Origin: Clostridia bacterium
GTDB lineage: Bacteria; Bacillota; Clostridia; Christensenellales; UBA1242
DNA: 37,208 nucleotides
Reading direction: 5' to 3'
Assembly: GCA_045588795.1 (NCBI GenBank)
Contig: JAZNEY010000054.1
Coordinates: 1 to 37,208, forward strand
Position 1 is the stretch's first letter. Each line of letters starts with the position of its first letter. The notes under the pieces were generated by a model. The model did no database searches. It saw only the letters and a list, made by a program, of their open reading frames with translations, and was not told where the DNA came from. Positions 1-10,700 of the stretch are shown here, piece after piece. The position numbers and the translations under genes are program-made.

Positions 1-1
1 A

Positions 2-3000
2 ACCTTTTCATCAGATTTTCTTGCAAAAGACTACGCTGGTCCAATCGTTGCAAGGGGCCTGTTTGCAAAGACTTCAATACTTCCACAAGAGACTCCTCAA
101 CCAACTGCAATCCGTGAACAACTTGTAGATGAAAGTGGTAACGAAGTTTCGGTATTTGACAGCGGTGATGCAATAAGTTTAAGGGTTGTCAATTACGACT
201 TCCCAAATTCAACTGTTCTTGATGGTGAGGCGTTATCAAATTATATTGGAATGACTCACGGAAGTGGGCTTGCATCAACGATTAAAAAAGATGGCGATAG
301 TGGTGCAACAGGTATTTTACAGGGTGCGCTAAATTACTTATATGTTCAAGGTGATGGTGTAAGCGGTGTTGGAAATTGTGATGAGGATAATGCGTGGGGC
401 AATCTTTACACAAATTCAAATATAAAGTACTACAATTTAAGTGGAGAGGCCGGCTCTCAAACGGTTACATTCTACGACAAAGATGGTTATGCAATGCCTT
501 GGGGTGGAGACTATGCAGATGTAACTAAAATGGTGGTTACCGAACACGCTCCTGTTAATCTTTATTACATTTACAACAAAGAGGGGTTGTATTTCCCAAT
601 AGTTTCCTATTCAGAACTCGATACAATGTCTTTGGCAGAACACTTAACTATGTTTATGACAAACATAACAAATGTTGAGGCTGTTGGAATTCTTGAAAAT
701 AGTTTGATAATTAGGTGCAAAGCAGATCTTATACAATTCAAGCCTGATGGTGCAGGAAATGGTTTTACAACTATTAGTATGCTTGTTGGTGCAAGGGTTG
801 ATGGAATTGCTCAAAATGGCTACAGCGATTTTGTAACAGCTGGCGTTTTTGAAATTCCAAAATTTTACAACATTATTGGCACAGTAGACACTTCTCCATT
901 TGATCCAGATGCTCCAGCGGTTAATTACGGTAAAAAACCTGGTGATAATGTATCATATATCGCAGACCCATACTCTTTTATGGGTGTTGGTTTTGTTAGC
1001 GTATATGGCACATATCTTGAAAACTTATATGTTAAAAATGGTGCAATTTATACGGGCAGTGGAAATACATTCCTTTCTATTAATGATTTAACTGAATTAT
1101 ATTATAATTATTCAATAGATTATATGAATCTTGAATCGAAGTTTGTCGCAAATATCCTTTATGAAATTCAAAGCGATAGCGGAAGTTTTTCGGGCGTATC
1201 TGCATATTACAAGAATTTGATTTTTGATAGCGGGGAAAGTTGGAGTATTGATACGACAACAGTTGATGTTTCTTCGCCTAGTGCTATTTACACTTATATA
1301 ACAAATGGGGCGGGAAGTGGTCATATTGCAACCTATCAACAAATTATTTATTCAATGCTTTATGGTCAAAATTTCTTGATTGGACTTGGGGCTTGTGTTC
1401 AACCGCTTGACCCAACACACTTTGGATATACACAAACTGGCGAAAATGTTGATGTTACTCTTTATTCTGCGGTCAACTCAGTTGTTGCAAGTGGTACACA
1501 AACTGATGCTGAAATTGCAGGTATAAGCACTGATGCCGGAGAGGGTAAAGATTATGGAAAGGTTTCAGTTGATGTTGAAGTTCCTATTAAGGTTGTAATG
1601 CGAAGCGGTAACAATAAATCAAGGGTTGAAGCCGTCCTTGTTAATGTAGATGAAACATCCGCCCCTGGTAAATATGAGGGACATGATGTTTACGATTATC
1701 TACTTATAATGAAACTAAACTTCACAAAGTGCGGTGGTTTTGCATTTGGTGCAAGTATTTCAAATGTTGTTTTGGAAGCACCTGATGGAATGGCTGAAAA
1801 AACATATATTGTTTTGAAAAATGGTGCACTTCATTGTCCAACTCTTGGAAAGTATATTTTAACAATTGATGCTATGAAACAAATTGCAATGACAGCGGGG
1901 GCAACAGAACTTGATGGGCTTGTTTATTCACAAATGTTTGATATGCATACAATCGCAGAAGCGGACAACAGATATATTTATTTTGAAAGAGCACAATTCT
2001 TGCTTAGCCCAATATTCGATTTTGCTTTCCACGCTAAGGATAATATCTTCAAAGGTATTGCAGTAAGGCTTGCTGTTGGATTTGTTAAAACATATGATGT
2101 TAATGTTTTATATAGGCTTGAAAATGGTGGATTCTTATTAAATTACAACTTCAATACAAGCACTGGTATTGCGGTTGGAAACCTATTTGATATGAGGTAC
2201 ATTAATCCAATTGTATTTATATTCGCAACAGCAATTATATTTGGTATGCTTTGGAATATGGTTTGGAACCTTATTACAAGAATATACGAAATTGGTATAA
2301 GATTTATAATCTTGCCGGCAGTTCTTTCTGTTGATGTTCTCTCAGATGGTAAGTTTAAGTCGTGGAAAGACGCTGTTATTGAAAAAATTATGGCGGCATA
2401 TTCAGTTCTTATAATGTTAAATCTGTATTTTGCATTGATACCATCAATTGAAGAGATTACAACGGGGTTAATTTCTTGGGAAGATCTTCCATCAACATTT
2501 ACTGGCTTATTTGCAAATATTGGAGCAACGGGTGGTGGCGGATTACTCGCAAGCATTGGACTTTCGGGTGGTATTAAGTCAATTATTCCAAAATTAATTG
2601 GTGCTTGGGAAATTTCAGAAACCTCAATAATCGTAATTACTGGCTGGCTTAACAAACTTATCTTTATGATGTTTTTGCTTGTTCTTACAACACTTGTAAA
2701 ACAAGGTCCAAAAATACTTGGTAAATTTACTGGCACAGAGGATGATATCGCAGATAATACAACAACCAAAAGAATTACTGATATGAAAGATGAGTATGAC
2801 AAATCTTTGGTTGGTACAGGTTTAAGAGAACTTGGAACAATGGGTACAAATCTTGCTGTAAAGGGTACAAGTGCTGCATTTAAAGGATTTTCAAATCTGC
2901 TTGGAAATAAGAGCACATCACAATCATTTAATGTTAGTACTTCACTTGGTGGTGGGCTATCTGGTGGTAGTTACTCATCAAGCAGTTTCACTTCACCTCG

Positions 3001-4069
3001 TGGAAGCAGGTATGGTGCCGGAGGTAGGGCATTTGAACCAGACACTGGTATTGGTGGAAATAATGGTGAAGATGAAAATAAAGAGAAGAAGTCAGGCGGA
3101 CTTATGAATATGCCTACTGCTGATGCTGGCGGAGAAACAGTTGTTGTCAAAGGCGGTGGCGGAAGTTCTTATTCATCTGGAGCCTCATCTTCAAGAGAAC
3201 CTGAAAACCCATATGAGACACCAATTGAAATTGATGAAAACTTATCTGCAGAAGAAATGTACAAAAAGGCTGAAGAGTTACGTCAAGATTCTAAAGCTAA
3301 GAGAGAAGAGGCTGAGGGGCTTATTCAAATGGCTGAAGATGATATTAGAATTCAAGAACAAGCTATGGCTGACCTTGAATCTGAAATGTTAATTATTCAA
3401 CAACAACTTGAACAGGCTCAAGTCAGAAGAGGCGAAGCATATGACCTTAAGAGACAAGCTCAAGCAAATGGTCAAAATAGTGGTGAGGCAAGTGCTATTT
3501 GGGAGGAAGAGAGCAGAAGAATTAAGGAATTCCAGGCACAAATCAAGATTATTGAACAGAAGATGGAATATGTTAGACAACGAGAAGAAGAAGATTATGA
3601 TATGCTTGATAGCGCTGAAAGACTTGCAAACGAATCTGTCCTTAGTGAACGAGAGGGAGATATGTACTTCCAAGCTGCACAAGATAAAGAATATAATGAA
3701 ACCGTATCTCGTGCTGAAATGGATGCTCTCAAAGCGGATTTTGAGGCTTTGGTTGATGAAACAACAAGAGTTGAAAGTGAGACAATCGATAGTCTAAATG
3801 AAATCAGAGCAAATGGCGTAGAAAAACGAGACTTTGAAGCCCTATTTGATGAAACTGCAAGAGTTGAAAGTGAAACTATTGATGCTCTTGATACAAAAGC
3901 AGATGCTGGAAAAGTTGCACAGGCTATGAATACAAAGGCGAATGCTGATTTAGTTGAGGGTGTTGTAAAAGATATCGGTAAAGCGATTAATAACAAAAAA
4001 CGAGATATAAATATTGACATTGATATCGATCTTAGTAGAAGAAAAAAAGATGATTCAGATGATGAATAA
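2..4069 (+). CDS. Giant membrane protein, 5'-truncated by the window edge (at least 1355 aa): large N-terminal presumably extracytoplasmic region, multi-helix TM module, Gly/Ser-rich spacer, ~300-aa charged coiled-coil tail
   Basis: The frame of the listed 251..4069 ORF is open from nt 2 with no stop, so the ATG at 251 is not the true start. Hydrophobic segments lie at ~nt 2200-2700 (IVFIFATAIIFGMLW, IMAAYSVLIMLNLYFALIP, LIFMMFLLVLTTLV). The TM module aligns with those of the 2291-aa and 944-aa proteins. TAA stop at 4067-4069. Confidence 0.8.
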   Translation, partial: TFSSDFLAKDYAGPIVARGLFAKTSILPQETPQPTAIREQLVDESGNEVSVFDSGDAISLRVVNYDFPNSTVLDGEALSNYIGMTHGSGLASTIKKDGDSGATGILQGALNYLYVQGDGVSGVGNCDEDNAWGNLYTNSNIKYYNLSGEAGSQTVTFYDKDGYAMPWGGDYADVTKMVVTEHAPVNLYYIYNKEGLYFPIVSYSELDTMSLAEHLTMFMTNITNVEAVGILENSLIIRCKADLIQFKPDGAGNGFTTISMLVGARVDGIAQNGYSDFVTAGVFEIPKFYNIIGTVDTSPFDPDAPAVNYGKKPGDNVSYIADPYSFMGVGFVSVYGTYLENLYVKNGAIYTGSGNTFLSINDLTELYYNYSIDYMNLESKFVANILYEIQSDSGSFSGVSAYYKNLIFDSGESWSIDTTTVDVSSPSAIYTYITNGAGSGHIATYQQIIYSMLYGQNFLIGLGACVQPLDPTHFGYTQTGENVDVTLYSAVNSVVASGTQTDAEIAGISTDAGEGKDYGKVSVDVEVPIKVVMRSGNNKSRVEAVLVNVDETSAPGKYEGHDVYDYLLIMKLNFTKCGGFAFGASISNVVLEAPDGMAEKTYIVLKNGALHCPTLGKYILTIDAMKQIAMTAGATELDGLVYSQMFDMHTIAEADNRYIYFERAQFLLSPIFDFAFHAKDNIFKGIAVRLAVGFVKTYDVNVLYRLENGGFLLNYNFNTSTGIAVGNLFDMRYINPIVFIFATAIIFGMLWNMVWNLITRIYEIGIRFIILPAVLSVDVLSDGKFKSWKDAVIEKIMAAYSVLIMLNLYFALIPSIEEITTGLISWEDLPSTFTGLFANIGATGGGGLLASIGLSGGIKSIIPKLIGAWEISETSIIVITGWLNKLIFMMFLLVLTTLVKQGPKILGKFTGTEDDIADNTTTKRITDMKDEYDKSLVGTGLRELGTMGTNLAVKGTSAAFKGFSNLLGNKSTSQSFNVSTSLGGGLSGGSYSSSSFTSPRGSRYGAGGRAFEPDTGIGGNNGEDENKEKKSGGLMNMPTADAGGETVVVKGGGGSSYSSGASSSREPENPYETPIEIDENLSAEEMYKKAEELRQDSKAKREEAEGLIQMAEDDIRIQEQAMADLESEMLIIQQQLEQAQVRRGEAYDLKRQAQANGQNSGEASAIWEEESRRIKEFQAQIKIIEQKMEYVRQREEEDYDMLDSAERLANESVLSEREGDMYFQAAQDKEYNETVSRAEMDALKADFEALVDETTRVESETIDSLNEIRANGVEKRDFEALFDETARVESETIDALDTKADAGKVAQAMNTKANADLVEGVVKDIGKAINNKKRDINIDIDIDLSRRKKDDSDDE
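3737..3922 (+). repeat. Two tandem 93-bp (31-codon) units inside the coiled-coil tail of the first protein
   Basis: DFEALVDETTRVESETIDSLNE.. (from 3737) and DFEALFDETARVESETIDALDT.. (from 3830). Confidence 0.8.
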
Positions 4070-4151
4070 AAATTCTTGAGTCATTTGAGCAAAATCATAT
4101 CGAAAAGATGTGAAAACTAAAATTTAATTTAACTTACCTCCCTTTTTCGCT

Positions 4152-4202
4152 GGTGGGGCAAGGCGGTTAATGATTATCGCTTTAATCGCCTAACTCCCCT
4201 CC
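4152..4202 (+). promoter_or_regulatory. Candidate structured RNA element in the 205-nt gap between the first gene and the VirB4-like gene
   Basis: Inner stem 4162-4170 (ggcggttaa) pairs with 4182-4190 (ttaatcgcc): 9 bp including one G-U, with an 11-nt loop. It is enclosed by 4152-4158 (ggtgggg) paired with 4196-4202 (cccctcc), 6 of 7 positions. GC-rich relative to its surroundings. Confidence 0.35.
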
Positions 4203-4274
4203 ACTAAAATAGGGCAAGGTTAAGATTAAATAAAAAGTGGCGACTTTAAACGCATTTTAATAAGGAGAAAAATA

Positions 4275-7200
4275 ATGGCAAGATTAATTCCAAGAAAGAC
4301 CAAGGTCAAAATTCAATTTTATAAGAATTTTACATTAACTGACGTTTTAGTTCTTTTTGGCGTAGTTGTGCTTGTTGCACTTGCATTTTTAAGTGGGCTA
4401 ACATTTAGGCTTATACTTGCTGTAGTTATTGGACTTGCGGGCTTGAGTTTGTTTGTTTCTGTTGCACCTGAAACAAGATTATATCAGTCAATAGGGCATA
4501 CAGCAAGGTTCTTGTTTGCTAACAAAACTTATACAAAAACAGACCCAAAAGTTACAAAAAACATCAAACTTATAACACCTTTTGAGGGCTTTGTTGATTT
4601 TTCTATGCACGACGGTGCTAGTGAGTCTGATGATATAAGTTTTATTGACTATGGTAGCTACTATGCAACGGTTATTGAAATTAGACCAGTTCAATTCTAT
4701 ATGCTTAGTGAGCAAAGACAGAACCAGTTTATTACTGCTGTTGATAACGCACTTAAAACTATTGCAGGCGACCAAGTAGTTTCTATCGTTAAAACAGAAA
4801 AACCTTTGGTTCTTGACTCTTATCTTGAAAATGAAAAGAGAAAAGTTTCTGATATTATTGCTTCTGCTGAAAGAGGTGATATTTCGGAAGATGAGCTTGA
4901 CCCAAGACTTGATATTATTGAAAGTCGTATGATTGGTCTTGAAAATTGTAATGTCGGCTCACCAAACACTATTATGAAAGAGCATTACTACTTTATCATT
5001 TATGGTAACGGTAAAGAATCTCTTAAAAGTTCAGCAAACCTTGTTGTAACAACATTTGATGGTGGTACAAACGGTTCGCTTCAAGCAAAAATCCTTGATA
5101 AACAAGGACTTGCAATATTCTTGAAGAGTACCTATAATGACACCTTTGATGAAAGAGAGATTTATGCTCTTAAACCAGAAGAATATATGGATTGGGTTTT
5201 ACCTAACAAAATTTCGTTTAGCGGTCGTGGTTTTACAATTGATGGCGTTCCACAATCTTCATTGATTATCGCTGACTATCCACTTGCTGCTCGTAATGCT
5301 TGGGGTAACTATTTCTTTAATATTCCGGGCTCAAAAGTTATTGTTAAATTTAAAACTGTCGGTATTGATGAAGCGGAGCGAAGAATCGATAACTCTGTTA
5401 TGGAAATGGAAGCTCAATATATGAATGGTGGTAAATCATCTAAAATGCTTCAACTTCAAACCCACATTCAAACATTAAACGAACTTTTGGTTTCGCTTAA
5501 AAATGGTAACGAAGCATTCTTTGATACATCAATCACTATTATTTCAAAACAAGAAATCAAGAAAAATGTTAAAACTATGCTTCGTAGAGGTGGTTTCAAG
5601 TTCAACGACTTGTTCTGCTCGCAAATTGATGGTTTTATCTCTGGTAATATCAGCCGTAAGATGGTACTTGGTCAATATGATAGAGGTATTAACTCTTCTT
5701 CACTTGCTGCGATTTTCCCATTCGTTTCTGACTCTGTTCAAGATGAAAAGGGTTTCTTCATTGGATATAATACCGAGCCATTATTCATTGACTTTTTCAA
5801 GCGTGATAAAGAAAGAATTAACTCGAATATGGTTATTATCGGTAAGTCCGGTTCTGGTAAGTCTTATGCAACAAAAGGTATTCTTTCTCACCTTGCATCT
5901 GACAATAGTAAAATTTATATTCTTGACCCGGAAAAAGAGTATGACAACCTTGTGCATAACCTCGGCGGAAAACTTATTGACGTAGGTTCTGCTAAGATGG
6001 GTAGACTTAACCCATTCCAAGTATTTACTACTCTTGATGATGAGGGTGATGAGGGACAAAATACTTCGCTTGCAACTCACTTGCAGTTCCTTGAGCAATT
6101 CTTCAAAATAATTCTTGATGGTATTACGACTGATGCGCTTGAAATTTTGAACGACTGCGTTAAGCAGGTTTATGAAAAGTTCAATATTACAGCAAACACA
6201 GATATTCAAAAACTTGATGCAAAAGATTTCCCAATCTTCCAAGATGTTTATGATTTTATCAATCGTAAGTTTAAAGAGTCGAAAGATGATTTCTATAGAA
6301 ACAACCTCCGTGTTATTATCACTTACTTAAACAAGTTCGTTTCTGGTGGTAGAAACAGTATGCTTTGGAATGGTTACTCTTCAATCACCGCAGATGAAAA
6401 CTTTATCGACTTTAACTTCCAGTCGCTTCTTGCAAACAAAAACGGTGATATCGCCAACGCACAGATGCTTTTGGTACTTCGTTGGATTGATAACGAAATC
6501 ATTAAAAATAAAGACTATAACGCAAAATATAACACTAAAAGAAAAGTTATTGTTGCAATTGATGAGGCCCACGTGTTTATCGACCCTAAGAAAGACGTTG
6601 CGCTTGACTTTATGTATAACCTAGCAAAACGTATTCGTAAGTACGAGGGTATGCAAATTATTATTACACAGAACTTGAAAGACTTCGTTGGTACACCATC
6701 TATCGCTCGTAAATCTACTGCTATTATCAACGCTTCGCAATATTCATTCATCTTCTCGCTTGCTCCTCACGATATCAACGACCTTGTTGAACTTTATGAA
6801 AAGGCCGGAAGAATTAATGAGGCAGAGCAAGAAAGTATCGTTTCGAGCCCAAGAGGTCGTGCATTTATGATTACAGGACCTTATAGCAGAACTACTTGCG
6901 ATATTACTCTTTCAGAACTTGTTATTGCAACATTTGAAAAACCTGATATCAAGGCTTATAAGAAACAGCAAGAAGAACTTGCAAAACAAGCAGCTCAACC
7001 AGTTCCTGGTGTCGTTGAAGAGGCTATTGAAAATGGACCTCCGATGGAAGAAAGTATAACTCCTGTTGTAGTTCCTGAACTTCCTGTTGAAGAATCTGGA
7101 CTTCCAGTAGTTGAAGAAACAACACCAGTTGAGGAGATGGAAGAACTTACAACTGAGGCTGTAACTGAAAGTGCTGAGGTAAAGGAAGAGGCTCCAGCTG

Positions 7201-7745
7201 TTGAAGAAGATTCTATGGAAACTGAAGAAGAAACCTCTGCGGTTGAAGATGAGACTGAAAAACAAGATGAAGAAGTTGAAGCAGGATTTAAACCTGTAAG
7301 TGGTGGATTTACGCCAATCAATGGTGGATTTACGCCAATCAATGCTGGAACAAAACCGACATCATCTGGATTCACTCCGATAAGTGGTGGGTTTACTCCG
7401 GTAAAGGCGAGTCCAAAGCCTGCAACTGACGCTGATGGAAGTCAAGGATTTACACCAATCAACGCAGGACAAAGTGCAGGAAAATCTGGTGCTACTCCGG
7501 TAAGTGGCGGGTTTACTCCGGTAAAGGCAAGTCCAAAGCCAGCGCCAGCAGGATTTACCCCAGTAAAGGCGAGTCCAAAGCCAGCGCCAGCAGGATTTAC
7601 CCCAGTAAAGGCAAGTCCAAAGCCAGCGCCAGCGGGATTTACTCCGGTAAAGGCAAGTCCAAAGCCAGCACCAGCCGGCTTTAAACCAACTAACGAGGGT
7701 GGAAATGGCGGAAATTCTTCTTTTCCAAAACCACATAAGCCTTAA
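4275..7745 (+). CDS. VirB4/TraE/ConE-family type IV secretion ATPase with a fused VirB3/PrgI-like N-terminal two-TM segment and a ~250-aa low-complexity C-terminal tail
   Basis: AAGGAG SD at 4262-4267. Two N-terminal hydrophobic helices (VLVLFGVVVLVALAFL, LILAVVIGLAGLSLFV). Walker A MVIIGKSGSGKSYATK (nt ~5841-5864). Walker B KVIVAIDEAHVF (~6546-6572). RKYEGMQIIITQNLKDF is typical of VirB4-family C-terminal domains. Length and domain order fit VirB4. Confidence 0.85.
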   Translation: MARLIPRKTKVKIQFYKNFTLTDVLVLFGVVVLVALAFLSGLTFRLILAVVIGLAGLSLFVSVAPETRLYQSIGHTARFLFANKTYTKTDPKVTKNIKLITPFEGFVDFSMHDGASESDDISFIDYGSYYATVIEIRPVQFYMLSEQRQNQFITAVDNALKTIAGDQVVSIVKTEKPLVLDSYLENEKRKVSDIIASAERGDISEDELDPRLDIIESRMIGLENCNVGSPNTIMKEHYYFIIYGNGKESLKSSANLVVTTFDGGTNGSLQAKILDKQGLAIFLKSTYNDTFDEREIYALKPEEYMDWVLPNKISFSGRGFTIDGVPQSSLIIADYPLAARNAWGNYFFNIPGSKVIVKFKTVGIDEAERRIDNSVMEMEAQYMNGGKSSKMLQLQTHIQTLNELLVSLKNGNEAFFDTSITIISKQEIKKNVKTMLRRGGFKFNDLFCSQIDGFISGNISRKMVLGQYDRGINSSSLAAIFPFVSDSVQDEKGFFIGYNTEPLFIDFFKRDKERINSNMVIIGKSGSGKSYATKGILSHLASDNSKIYILDPEKEYDNLVHNLGGKLIDVGSAKMGRLNPFQVFTTLDDEGDEGQNTSLATHLQFLEQFFKIILDGITTDALEILNDCVKQVYEKFNITANTDIQKLDAKDFPIFQDVYDFINRKFKESKDDFYRNNLRVIITYLNKFVSGGRNSMLWNGYSSITADENFIDFNFQSLLANKNGDIANAQMLLVLRWIDNEIIKNKDYNAKYNTKRKVIVAIDEAHVFIDPKKDVALDFMYNLAKRIRKYEGMQIIITQNLKDFVGTPSIARKSTAIINASQYSFIFSLAPHDINDLVELYEKAGRINEAEQESIVSSPRGRAFMITGPYSRTTCDITLSELVIATFEKPDIKAYKKQQEELAKQAAQPVPGVVEEAIENGPPMEESITPVVVPELPVEESGLPVVEETTPVEEMEELTTEAVTESAEVKEEAPAVEEDSMETEEETSAVEDETEKQDEEVEAGFKPVSGGFTPINGGFTPINAGTKPTSSGFTPISGGFTPVKASPKPATDADGSQGFTPINAGQSAGKSGATPVSGGFTPVKASPKPAPAGFTPVKASPKPAPAGFTPVKASPKPAPAGFTPVKASPKPAPAGFKPTNEGGNGGNSSFPKPHKP
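7284..7700 (+). repeat. In-frame GF(T/K)P-motif low-complexity region of the VirB4-like tail, including four near-perfect 42-bp units (GFTPVKASPKPAPA) at 7509-7676
   Basis: Direct reading: unit boundaries at 7509, 7551, 7593 and 7635. About 12 GF[TK]P motifs in total. Confidence 0.9.
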
Positions 7746-7790
7746 AAATGGTGATTAAAAACTTTTAAATTTTAGAAGGACAAAAGATAT

Positions 7791-10700
7791 ATGCAAATGA
7801 TGGTTAACATTATTAAAAATATTTTTGGAGTAGGTGCACAAAAAATTTGTGCGTCTGCTCTTTGTTCTCCTCATTTGCAGAATGTTTTGTCTGTTCTTTG
7901 TGAAGCAAGTACAGTAACAGTTGCAACTAATTCTATAATCAATGCATTTACTTCTATAATCGAGGGGCTTGCGGGAATTGTTATTGCTTGGTTCTTCTTA
8001 ATATCTAAATTCGTGTTCCAAATCGTTGACTTGATTCAATATTTAGTTTACAAACTTGCAGGTATTAATTTATCTTCTGAAATCACATTTGATTTGCCTA
8101 TTTTCAAAATTTTACTTTCAGATACAATTCTTGACCTATTTATGGCACTTTTCATTATTGGTTTGATTTTGCTTATCATTTTCACAATTATTGCTATTGT
8201 AAAATCTGAGTATGAAATTGCAATTGGTCTTGAACAAGATTCAAAGAAAGTAAAAAGAGCATCTGCTAAAATTGTTAAGTCAACACTTACTTCAACCGCA
8301 CTAATGCTTATAATTCCTTTCATTATGATTGCGGTTATGGCTTTTGGGTCGGTATTCTTAACCAGTATTAACTCGGTGTTAAACCCAGATGGTACTTCAA
8401 GCACAACTCTTGGAGGACAGGTCTTTGTGGCTTCTGCTCATAAGGCTAACAAATATCGAATCTACGCCGAGAAGAATGAGAGAATTCCAATCCTTTATGA
8501 CTTCGTTGACCCATACGACAATGGCACCGCTTATCTTTATACAAGAGATGAACTTGCAAATGAGTATGGTGCTTGGAATAGCGGTGAATCATATTACGCA
8601 AACCAAACTAATGGAGGGTATGCTTCGTTTGCCTCAACTTTGGTCTATAAGAACAACAAACTTTATAATAAACAAGATAACTATGGCGGATATGAAAAAT
8701 GGGTTTCAACACCTGAACAATATTACATTATGGCTGATTTTATTGATTATGCTGTAAAGAACAATCTTGAATTTTATATTAAAAATGCATCTGGTGAGGA
8801 TATTGATTGGGATAATAGTTCAAGTAATGTTAAAATCACTGATGGGGTATTCAATCCTGCAACCGGTACATTCACTCTAAGTTATGTCGATAACTCTAAT
8901 GTCAATAAATATGATGATAGTTATACTTTGACTTTGGAAACGGGTGAGTTTATTGCTTCTAGTCCTATTGCTGACACTACAAAGACTATCGCTGAACTCC
9001 TTGCAATTACAATGAATGAGGATATGGAGAGCACGGTAGACTCAAAACTATTCAGAATGCTTGAAAGGGTTGAGGGTAGCACAAATGTTGTAAAATGGAA
9101 AACTGAAAGCATTGACTACAACAAAGAAACATACACTGTTTATGAACTTACAAAAAGATATTATAATGTAACTACTGGTATGCTTGAGTCAAGGGCGACT
9201 GTTCCTGTCGCAAGAAAACAACCTGCTGGTGCTTATTATATTCTAAACAAAGATGAAGATGGTAAATATCATTATACAAACCAAGTAATTGAATATCATA
9301 ACAATGGTAAACTTTATCAAGATTTGATTGAGCCAGTTTATGTTTATGGCAACTGGCCGGAAAAATTGTATAATGACTTAAAAGTAATATTTGCTGATAT
9401 TAATATTGATAATTATATTAACTATGATAACTGGGCTGATATGCTTGGTGAATATTACGCCTCTGATTTGAATTTTGAAAATGGTGAAACCGTTTCATTT
9501 GCAACTACTTTAATTCACCCTCTTGGACTTATTATGTCAGAACTTTTCCTTGGCGTTACATTTGAGGAAGAGGGGCAGTTGACCGACTTCACATTTACTA
9601 CCCAATATATGAAAGATGTTATTCAGTCGATTTGTTTTGCGGTTGGGGGAGAAGAAGATTATTGGCAACTAAAATGTGAAATAGACTCTTTTGTTACAAT
9701 GTTCAATGGCTTGTTTACACCAATAATTGAAGAATTGCAAAAAATTGAAGGCTTTGACCTTTATGATGAAGATGAATATTCTGTTCAAGCCTATGTTTAT
9801 AAATCTTATCTTGCAAGCGTTATGCTTTCAGATAGTGCTAATGAATTTTTTGAAACTCTCGGCTACGAAATTTTGAATCTTAACAATTTGGCTGCGGTTA
9901 TTCATAATAGCAGTTCAAACAATTTATACAACTCGAATGGCGAGTTGATGTATGAAATTAAGTACAAAACTGATGATGATGGAAATTATTTAAAATTGCA
10001 ATTTTTGCCAAAGAATCCAGACTCTTACACCCGTGGTGCTATCGGTAAATATGTTTATAATGTAAGTGGCGCAAAAGCTGTTGTCTGTGATGAGAATGGA
10101 TATATTAGCGACACATCAAAATATGTTCCTGTTGGTGGTGTGTATGATATGTTCACTAGACTTAACGAGGATAATGGACACTATGAAATTTGGTATGGCT
10201 TAAGATTCTATGATGTAAATGAATATAATGAATACTACAGAGAACAACTAGACAAACACCCAAACAATGACATACCAACTTGGGAAGAGTTGTTTGCTCG
10301 TTATTTCACAACATATTATAAGGCTGGTTATGACCACGACAGAACATTCACTTATAATAATGAAACATATTCAATAGTCTGCGACACAAATGGAAACATC
10401 AAATTTATAAACAATGGCGGAAATCTTAGAATGATTAATTTGCCAACCGCAAGTGATGACTATGGTTTATATTTTGTTCCAAAAGAAGATACAGATTTTA
10501 TTGTTGAAAATGTTGGTGATACATTAAAATATAAGGTTCTTGTAGAAAATAAATATGTTACAGCTGACAAGGTTAATTTTGAAGATTATTTCGAACCTGC
10601 AAAAGTTAGACTTTATGTTTATGATAATGTAGAAAAAGCAAATCCAAATTCAAAAATAGGCCCTACACCTGCAAGTGATATTATCTTAAAGGGTGATGAT

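Noticed and set aside
2143-2916. 257-aa antisense ORF inside the first giant gene; similar antisense or off-frame ORFs at 3595-4020, 5781-6242, 8048-8404, 13940-14353, 14894-15373 and 17186-17503
   Set aside because: All lie fully inside much longer, motif-supported + strand ORFs. They have odd composition (Ser/Ile/Phe-rich mirror of the sense frame) and no ribosome-binding sites.
6995-7736. Minus-strand ORFs (6995-7375, 7362-7736) through the VirB4-like tail
   Set aside because: They are kept open only by the low-complexity Glu/Pro/Ala codon repeats of the sense strand, so they are repeat artefacts.
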